Below are positions 16,709 to 23,779 of a DNA stretch of 54,831 nt, piece by piece; the first letter of the stretch is position 1, and the number at the start of each line of letters is the position of its first letter. The notes beneath the pieces were generated by a model, which ran no database searches, was not told the DNA's origin, and worked only from the letters and a program-made list of their open reading frames with translations. The translations under genes and the position numbers were made by a program. The DNA comes from an uncultured Syntrophomonas sp. (GTDB lineage Bacteria; Bacillota; Syntrophomonadia; Syntrophomonadales; Syntrophomonadaceae): positions 1-54,831 of the forward strand of contig CAZTZX010000004.1 of the NCBI GenBank assembly GCA_964618175.1, in the 5' to 3' direction.

Positions 16709-17789
16709 AACTTATGCCTACGGCTCGACCAGTTCTTATCATATCGCTGTCTAGCGGCACCTTTCGAATCTCACTTATGGCATCCTGTAAGGTCACCGTA
16801 GTAATAGAAGTGCCCTGCAGGCTCACCATAACTCCGGAATTGCCTTCTATCAGCTGCTCGGCAGCTGCCACTCCATACCTGGTAGCCAGGATACGATCAT
16901 AGGGTATAGGAGATCCTCCCCTCTGCAAATGACCAAGGACAGTGACCCGAGTTTCTATATTAGTTATTGCTTCGATTTCTTCAGCTAACTGGTTGCCGAT
17001 CCCACCCAAACGGATAGGATCATGGCTGGTGGATACCAACTTTTTCACTACCATTTCCCCGTCTTGAGGTGCTGCTCCTTCAGCTACCACGATGATACTG
17101 AATTTTTTAGTCAACTGATGGCGCTGTTTAATTTTCTCCACTACTGTTTCGATCTTGTAAGGGATCTCTGGAATAAGTATTACGTCCGCACCTCCAGAAA
17201 TTCCTGCACATAAGGCAATCCAGCCAGCATAACGTCCCATAACTTCTAATATCATGACCCGATGATGGGATTCTGCAGTAGTATGAAGCTTATCAAGTGC
17301 TTCGGAAGCAGTAGTAACTGCGGTGTGAAAGCCAAAAGTTACATCGGTAGCCGATAGATCGTTATCTATGGTCTTGGGCACCCCTACTACTGGCACACCC
17401 AATTCGACGAAACGATAAGCGATATTAAGACTGCCATCTCCACCAATGACAACCAAACCCCCAATTCCCAGTTCTTGCATATTGGCAATAGCCCGGGTTG
17501 ATTCGTCACTGAAGTAGTCTTGTCCATCCACTACTGAATGAAAATTGAAAGGGTTGTCCCGATTGGTGGTACCCAGGATGGTTCCGCCCTTATGAGCGAT
17601 CCCAGATACGCTGGCCAAGTCCAAAGGCATATAGTCATTTTCCACCAAACCCTTAAAGCCGTCACGAAAACCAACCACTTCGACTCCATATTCATTAATG
17701 GCTGTTTTTGTGACAGCTCGAATTACTGCATTTAACCCAGGACAGTCGCCGCCACCCGTCAAAACTCCAATGCGCTTAGTTTTAGCCAT
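16698..17789 (-). CDS. pfkA: 6-phosphofructokinase (group with a mixed ATP/PPi signature)
   Basis: GVLTGGGDCPGLNAVIR, VVIGGDGSLN, GVPKTIDNDL and MGRYAGWIAL. Confidence 0.9.
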   Translation of the reverse strand: MAKTKRIGVLTGGGDCPGLNAVIRAVTKTAINEYGVEVVGFRDGFKGLVENDYMPLDLASVSGIAHKGGTILGTTNRDNPFNFHSVVDGQDYFSDESTRAIANMQELGIGGLVVIGGDGSLNIAYRFVELGVPVVGVPKTIDNDLSATDVTFGFHTAVTTASEALDKLHTTAESHHRVMILEVMGRYAGWIALCAGISGGADVILIPEIPYKIETVVEKIKQRHQLTKKFSIIVVAEGAAPQDGEMVVKKLVSTSHDPIRLGGIGNQLAEEIEAITNIETRVTVLGHLQRGGSPIPYDRILATRYGVAAAEQLIEGNSGVMVSLQGTSITTVTLQDAISEIRKVPLDSDMIRTGRAVGISFGG

Positions 17790-17990
17790 ATTTGATCCCC
17801 CTGTTATGTTTTGCTATCAATATAGCATTCATTTAAAATGGCTTGATATATGGCCTATTCGGCACCCATAATAAATATTCCTGTAACTAGTTAGCTTTCT
17901 TAGGGATTCCATTACCTACAGTTTAGCTAATTTTTTAATATATACCAATTCTCGCCACTTTCCCAGTAGGGACCCTTGGCGCGAACTCGA

Positions 17991-19328
17991 TTAGAATCCT
18001 GCCAAATAAATACTGTATTCCAGAGGCCTTTTAAAAGCATTGCGCATTACTATTTTTGACATCTCAGTTACGGTAGTTTTGCGTGGTTTCGAATTGACCT
18101 CAATAAGCCATATGTTGCCACTTTTGTCCAATCCCAAATCCAGACCCAGTTCACCGTAGACCATTTGACTAGTTCTTTCAATGGTGGTGGCCACCTCGTG
18201 ACAGAATGCTTTTATCTCTTGGTTTTTTTCTTCTATTAAAGCGGCTTTGCGAAAAATTGCCCTCATAATTATTTTACTGGGTAAAGCTTTGCCTCCGCTG
18301 CTCAAATTTGCTACCGAACTTCCCCGGGGAGCAACGCGAACGAACTTTTTGCTGAGCTGCCATTCACCATTACGATTTTTTTGAAATATGATGCGGATAT
18401 CAAAAGGTGACCCATGGTACGTGGCCATATCTATTCCCTGTTGAACAATGTAGGGCTTATCAGCCCGTATGGCTCGGGTTCGATTAATAAAATCCGCCGC
18501 ATTATCAGCGGTACTGCGGAAGCGTTTGCGACGGTGCACCACATAGTGTAAGGTCTCTTTTCGGTCTTGAGTTACGCGAATAATTCCCAATCCCAGACTT
18601 CCATTGGTGGGTTTAACATATACCGTTTTATATACCCTCAACATATGGGCCAAGTTTTCTGTGGTTAATGGCCTGGTTTCCGGCAGATGTCGATGTAGTT
18701 TTGGATTAGTAAGTAGCATCTCATGAACGTTCCATTTATTGAGAAATGAGGGATTGAAATACTTCAGATAAGGCTGCTGCAGCAGGTTCATTTTTGCATT
18801 CTTGATTTGGTGGCGCGCTTCTCCCTTACGACTAGAAACTCGGTCATATACCACGTCTGGCAGTGGATAAATAGACGATATCCAACTACCCCTTCCCTGA
18901 CTAGAGTGACGATATGAATAACCCCTTACTGTGAGATTATCCCAATTAATAGAAGCCGGCGTAAATACATAGGTCTGGCCCGGCAAAGTTTTGCTGATGT
19001 GATTCAAATAAATAAGTTCTGCTTGCACACTAGTAGGATCACAATCCCCTCGGTTAGGTAGATTGGTAGCCAGGATCCCTATAGTTGGTCCCAGATGCAA
19101 CATATCCGCCTGCTTATCATACCTAATTTGCATACTCTTTCTTTTGTGAATATGAAGAGCTTGTGCCAGTGCTGGGGAAAGCATATAGGTAGCGCGTGTG
19201 TCAGGTTTAACCAGTAATTCTGCTGTAACTATCAGGCAACCCACTCTTACCTGCACCATTGGTTTTACTGTTATTCCCAGATGTTCAATCAAACGATCGG
19301 ACAGGAATATTTTGCCTACTATTTTCAT
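17991..19328 (-). CDS. YheC/YheD-family ATP-grasp protein (paralog 2)
   Basis: LHLGPTIGILA, PLPDVVYDR, FLNKWNV, YVKPTNGSLGLGI, IVQQGIDM...FDIR and IWLIEVNSKPR. Its start overlaps the stop of the upstream paralog by 4 nt. Confidence 0.8.
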   Translation of the reverse strand: MKIVGKIFLSDRLIEHLGITVKPMVQVRVGCLIVTAELLVKPDTRATYMLSPALAQALHIHKRKSMQIRYDKQADMLHLGPTIGILATNLPNRGDCDPTSVQAELIYLNHISKTLPGQTYVFTPASINWDNLTVRGYSYRHSSQGRGSWISSIYPLPDVVYDRVSSRKGEARHQIKNAKMNLLQQPYLKYFNPSFLNKWNVHEMLLTNPKLHRHLPETRPLTTENLAHMLRVYKTVYVKPTNGSLGLGIIRVTQDRKETLHYVVHRRKRFRSTADNAADFINRTRAIRADKPYIVQQGIDMATYHGSPFDIRIIFQKNRNGEWQLSKKFVRVAPRGSSVANLSSGGKALPSKIIMRAIFRKAALIEEKNQEIKAFCHEVATTIERTSQMVYGELGLDLGLDKSGNIWLIEVNSKPRKTTVTEMSKIVMRNAFKRPLEYSIYLAGF

Positions 19329-20707
19329 TTATCATACTCCTTTCCCGAAAATCCTGCCAGATAGCGACTATATAACAATGGGTTTATTATTGACTGCTGA
19401 CGCATTTGTTGCTCATCAATCAGATTAAATATTTGGCGGGCAGGACGTAAATTAGCCTCAATAAACCAGGTCTTTCCAGAAGTATCTATACCTAAGTCGA
19501 TTCCCATTTCTCCAGCCATACCGATGTTATTCTCTATAATTTGGGCTGATTCAAGTGCTATAAAGCTAAGATCCTGTTCAATTTGATCACGCTGTTCCTT
19601 TTCAGAAAAATGTCGATCCAAGACTGTGCTAAGTTTAGAGCCCCGACCACCAGAAGAAATGTTACTGGTGATAGAACCTTGTGCCCCCACGCGACATGCC
19701 ATGCCAGTGATATCCCATCGTCCGGTATGATTCTTCTGCACAATTGCTCTCACATCGGTAATATGACCCTGGAATGCTAGTAAACTAATGGGCTGTTGAG
19801 CCAGATATTCCCGTCGGCCCATTACACCGTGCAGAGCTCTTCGCAATTGACCTAAAGTCTGAGCTGTACCCCGGGCTGATTTTTGGTTTTTCTGATACTG
19901 GTATTGATAGTTGCGTTTCCGACTATTCCGGCTTACCCGTATAATATTGTTTCCTTTTGAGCCAATAATCGGCTTCAGATAAACTGCCTGGTATTTGTTT
20001 ATCATACTGTCAACGACACTGAAACTTGTGAGCAGTCTGGTATCAGGCAGATGCACCGCTAATCGGGAATGGTGGCTAATAATTTGATAAGTTAGCCATT
20101 TGCCAGCCATGGTAGGATTGATAAACTTCACTCCTAATTCATCAAACCTTTTGCGGAGGGAAAGCATAAGCCGGGAATATGAATAACTCCTCTCCCGCGG
20201 ATAAACTACATCCGGAAAAGGGTAGCTTCGTTTAGTCCAACCACCTTTTCCATATGTGTAGCCTGTGACGACCTGGTGCTGCCAATCGATACTGTGGGGG
20301 CTAAAGGCAAAACATATCTCCCCTATCTCTTGACCTCGTTTAAGAAGTTGCTTTATAAAGCCTGTCTGTCCATCATAAGGCCTATTGGGCCCGCCCAAAA
20401 TTTCGATCATAATTCCTACCATGGGACCCAGTCTGATCTCTTGACCATTACTTACATAGCCGTACTCATTATGAGCTTTCAAGCACAGCCGATGCAGGCT
20501 GGCCGGGTGCATATAGATAACCTCGGCAGTATTATTACTGTCTGATTGTATGTTTACTAAAAATGAGCCGCGCCGCTTACCAGTTCGAACCATAAGCTCT
20601 TCATTGTCTTGCAAGAACAGTCGCTTGGCTAATTGTTCAGTTATGGTAATTCTTCTTAAGCTTAGCTGGTCGTTGGCTGCAACACGAATTCTGGGAAACG
20701 AATACAT
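19325..20707 (-). CDS. YheC/YheD-family ATP-grasp protein (paralog 3)
   Basis: IRLGPMVGIMI, PFPDVVYPR, YLKPIIGSKGNNI, LAQQPISL...TDVR and TWFIEANLRPAR. Confidence 0.8.
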   Translation of the reverse strand: MYSFPRIRVAANDQLSLRRITITEQLAKRLFLQDNEELMVRTGKRRGSFLVNIQSDSNNTAEVIYMHPASLHRLCLKAHNEYGYVSNGQEIRLGPMVGIMIEILGGPNRPYDGQTGFIKQLLKRGQEIGEICFAFSPHSIDWQHQVVTGYTYGKGGWTKRSYPFPDVVYPRERSYSYSRLMLSLRKRFDELGVKFINPTMAGKWLTYQIISHHSRLAVHLPDTRLLTSFSVVDSMINKYQAVYLKPIIGSKGNNIIRVSRNSRKRNYQYQYQKNQKSARGTAQTLGQLRRALHGVMGRREYLAQQPISLLAFQGHITDVRAIVQKNHTGRWDITGMACRVGAQGSITSNISSGGRGSKLSTVLDRHFSEKEQRDQIEQDLSFIALESAQIIENNIGMAGEMGIDLGIDTSGKTWFIEANLRPARQIFNLIDEQQMRQQSIINPLLYSRYLAGFSGKEYDK

Positions 20708-20838
20708 CCAGTTATCGCCACCGTTCCTGTTTAGTATCTTATAATATGAAAATAGTTCATTCTTTGCTATTATTAAAATTACTGACTTATTTACGATTAG
20801 CAGCGATAATACTTGTAGCAGATGGAGAGATTAACATT

Positions 20839-21303
20839 ATGATTCTCGTAAGTGCTTGTTTATGCGGTTTGAACTGCAAATATGATGGCGGTAATAACGA
20901 ACACCCGATTTTTGCTGAGATGCTGGATCGAGGTGAAGTGGTTACTGTTTGTCCAGAAGTCTTGGGAGGTTTACCCATTCCCAGGAAGCCAGCGGAAATA
21001 AGCCCAGGTACTGGTGGTGATGTACTGGCAGGTACCGCCCAGGTCATCGCCCGTGATGGTGAAGACCTGACTAAATTCTTCGTGAAGGGTGCCCAGCGCT
21101 CTCTGGAACTGGCCCAAGAACATCAGGTCGATCTGGTGATCTTAAAGAGCAATAGCCCTTCTTGCGGTGTAGGGAAAATATACGACGGTACCTTTACTCA
21201 CCAATTCAAAGATGGTCATGGTGTTACGGCAGCCCTATTGAAAGAAAACGGCTTATCAGTGGTTAGTGACCTCGAATATCTCAAGGAGCGTGGTCAAGAA
21301 TGA
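20839..21303 (+). CDS. DUF523-family protein (thiouracil-desulfurase TudS-like Fe-S protein family)
   Basis: The ATG at 20839 follows GGAGAG. The track start at 20746 adds a non-homologous extension. Three conserved Cys contexts are present: ILVSACLCG, VCPEVLGGLPIPR and KSNSPSCGVG. Confidence 0.75.
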   Translation: MILVSACLCGLNCKYDGGNNEHPIFAEMLDRGEVVTVCPEVLGGLPIPRKPAEISPGTGGDVLAGTAQVIARDGEDLTKFFVKGAQRSLELAQEHQVDLVILKSNSPSCGVGKIYDGTFTHQFKDGHGVTAALLKENGLSVVSDLEYLKERGQE

Positions 21304-22289
21304 AGGCAGTCAGCCTCTTTTCAGGGGGACTTGATTCACAGTTGGCAGTACGATTAATGCAGAATCAAGGCGTAATAGTTACTGCCATTAATTTTAGTAG
21401 CCCTTTTTTTGGAGCAGACGAACGCACTAAACAAGCGGCGCGCCAATTAGGAATTGAATTGCTGATAAAACCTGTGGGCGAAGAGTACTTCGAACAAGTA
21501 CTTAAAAACCCGGTTTATGGCTATGGTAAAAATCTGAATCCCTGTATTGACTGTCACGGTTTTATGTTCAGAATGGCAGGTGATTTAATGCAGGATCTGG
21601 GAGCCTCTTTCATTGTCACTGGCGAAGTCTTAGGGCAACGCCCCATGAGCCAGAATCGTTCCGCTCTCAACGCCGTCAATAAACTATCGAGATACAAGGG
21701 ATACATAGTCCGTCCTCTATCCGGCAGCCTTCTGGAGGCTACTATACCTGAAAAAGAGGGCTGGATCGATCGTCAGAAACTACTGGATATCAGCGGTCGA
21801 GGCCGTACCCGGCAAATGCAATTGGCTGAAGAGTACGGCATTCAAGAGTATCCTTCACCGGCAGGCGGCTGTTTGTTGACCGAACAAAATTACGCACGTC
21901 GGCTCAAACAAATAATGAATCTCATTGATCATCCCCGCCCTGAAGATCTGGATATTTTGAGAATAGGACGCCATTTCTATCTCGAGGAAGGTCTTCTTTT
22001 AGCAGTAGGCCGAAACCATTCGGAAAATGAGCGTTTGGAGACAGAAGCCCGTCCAGCCGATTTACTGATAAAAGTAACGGAGCGTCCCGGTCCAGTAGGC
22101 TTACTACGACCAATTCTACCGATTGACCCTGCCAGGCATTTAGCCTACGCCGGCTCAATAGTGGCCCGCTATAGTGATGCCAAAAATGAAAAAACCGCCC
22201 GAATGAAAGTCTATACTACGGACGGTGAAGTTGCGGATACTTTTGAAGTTACTCCCCTGCCCCAGGATCAAATTCCTGCTACTGTTTAG
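21300..22289 (+). CDS. PP-loop ATP pyrophosphatase, ThiI/MnmA-like (putative thiolation enzyme)
   Basis: SLFSGGLDSQLA PP-loop, NPCIDCH, and VTGEVLGQRPMSQ. The start overlaps the DUF523 stop (ATGA). Confidence 0.7.
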   Translation: MKAVSLFSGGLDSQLAVRLMQNQGVIVTAINFSSPFFGADERTKQAARQLGIELLIKPVGEEYFEQVLKNPVYGYGKNLNPCIDCHGFMFRMAGDLMQDLGASFIVTGEVLGQRPMSQNRSALNAVNKLSRYKGYIVRPLSGSLLEATIPEKEGWIDRQKLLDISGRGRTRQMQLAEEYGIQEYPSPAGGCLLTEQNYARRLKQIMNLIDHPRPEDLDILRIGRHFYLEEGLLLAVGRNHSENERLETEARPADLLIKVTERPGPVGLLRPILPIDPARHLAYAGSIVARYSDAKNEKTARMKVYTTDGEVADTFEVTPLPQDQIPATV

Positions 22290-22831
22290 TTCGACGAGAC
22301 AAAGATACTGAGGTCTATTTGCTCAAACATGGCCTTATAACCCGAACGAGCAGGGTGTCCCCCGTCTGGTAGCAGCAGTTCAGTAAGCAGCTGACCCTCA
22401 GAATCGTAAAAGGCCTGGTGAAAGTTGATCACCTCTAATTGAAGCTGATCAGCCCTTTGATGTATCCAATCTCGCAACCGTATCAGGCTGCGCTCCCAGG
22501 GTGCATAGTCTACGGCGGTGGGAGTACCTATTATGACTATAATGCCGGCATCTAAGGCTTTATCAATCATGATCTGCAGGTTGCGAACTATTACATCATA
22601 AGGTTCCTGACCTACCACATCATTTATGCCGCCCATCAGAATTAAATGAGTAGGTTCGGCCTGCAGCACATGGCGATCAAAACGCTGCAGCATATCAGAA
22701 GTGGTGTTGCCGTTTATGCCGCGATTAATAATCTCTACCTGCAGTTTTCTTTGCAACATTTCTACCCATGATTCTTGAGGACCAAAAGGAAATCCCCAGG
22801 TAATCGAATCACCCAGACATATTATCTTCAT
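22286..22831 (-). CDS. SGNH/GDSL-type hydrolase
   Basis: Block I IICLGDSITWG, block III MGGINDV, block V DGGHP. Confidence 0.8.
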   Translation of the reverse strand: MKIICLGDSITWGFPFGPQESWVEMLQRKLQVEIINRGINGNTTSDMLQRFDRHVLQAEPTHLILMGGINDVVGQEPYDVIVRNLQIMIDKALDAGIIVIIGTPTAVDYAPWERSLIRLRDWIHQRADQLQLEVINFHQAFYDSEGQLLTELLLPDGGHPARSGYKAMFEQIDLSIFVSSN

Positions 22832-22840
22832 TTCTCCCTC

Positions 22841-23737
22841 CTATATTGCTTCGAACAAACCTAGATCGTCATGGTTTATCCTTCCCATTCTCTCCAAGCG
22901 CTCGAGATGTTTTAGAACCATAAGCTTTTCCCAAAACAAAACAAAAGGAGTAGGGTGCATACGGTAGATCAAGTGTTGGTCAGCCAATTCGCAACAATTA
23001 GCAGGTTTCTTTTTTAGATAACGGTAAATTCGCTCCTCGCGTTTGAAAATACGGGTTTTATACTCCTGCAAGGTTCCTAAAGGATCGGTGTCAATTTCTT
23101 TAGTATGGCAGGAGCATAAGCGGGGTGGCTTTAAGGCAATCAAACGGTCAATGGACTGCAGCATCTGATCTGGACTGGCAAGTACTTCTCCATACCAAGG
23201 TCCAGCATTAGTTAAACAAATATCACCGGTAAAGAGGAACTCCTGGTCAGGAAACCAGAACGAGCAATGACCAGCGGAATGTCCTGGCGTATGTAACACC
23301 TCTATTCTGGTATGGCCTAGATCTAAAACCTGACCATCTGACAGGTAATCGTGGATAGGTATGACCAGTCCTTCGGTAACCTCCATGCCAATCTGCATCG
23401 CTGCCTCATGGCAGTCAATTCCCGGCATTAATTCCCCCCAGCGATCAATCGAATTGTAGTACATAAACTCCTTCTCATTATCAAAGGCGTGGGCATCGTT
23501 GGGATGGATATAAATTTGGGCATCGGTAAATAACCGATGCCCTCGAGTGTGATCGTAATGATGATGAGTATACAGTACCTGATTTGTTCTGGCGGGTTCA
23601 ATTCCCAGCAAGGATTTGATATCTGCTCCAGTGTCAATTATGGTTCGGATATCATCCTCCACCAGTACACAGTTACAGAACATAAAACCCGCCTCACTAA
23701 AGAGCAATTTGACTCGATCGCTCACAGAAATCAGCAT
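22841..23737 (-). CDS. MBL-fold metallo-hydrolase
   Basis: YTHHHYDHTRG (HxHxDH motif) and HTPGHSAGH. Confidence 0.8.
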   Translation of the reverse strand: MLISVSDRVKLLFSEAGFMFCNCVLVEDDIRTIIDTGADIKSLLGIEPARTNQVLYTHHHYDHTRGHRLFTDAQIYIHPNDAHAFDNEKEFMYYNSIDRWGELMPGIDCHEAAMQIGMEVTEGLVIPIHDYLSDGQVLDLGHTRIEVLHTPGHSAGHCSFWFPDQEFLFTGDICLTNAGPWYGEVLASPDQMLQSIDRLIALKPPRLCSCHTKEIDTDPLGTLQEYKTRIFKREERIYRYLKKKPANCCELADQHLIYRMHPTPFVLFWEKLMVLKHLERLERMGRINHDDLGLFEAI

Positions 23738-23779
23738 ACGTCCCCCACCCCTAATATAGCAGCTAGATTCCTTCTCCTC

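Noticed and set aside
17893-17946. TTAGCT...AGCTAA stem followed by a T run on the plus strand
   Set aside because: The stem is only 6 bp with a 28-nt loop, and no plus-strand gene lies upstream to terminate.
20746-20838. N-terminal extension of the DUF523 ORF (track start 20746)
   Set aside because: The extension is hydrophobic and non-homologous, and it overlaps the divergent promoter region. The internal ATG at 20839 has a proper SD and gives the family-typical N-terminus (MILVSACLCG).
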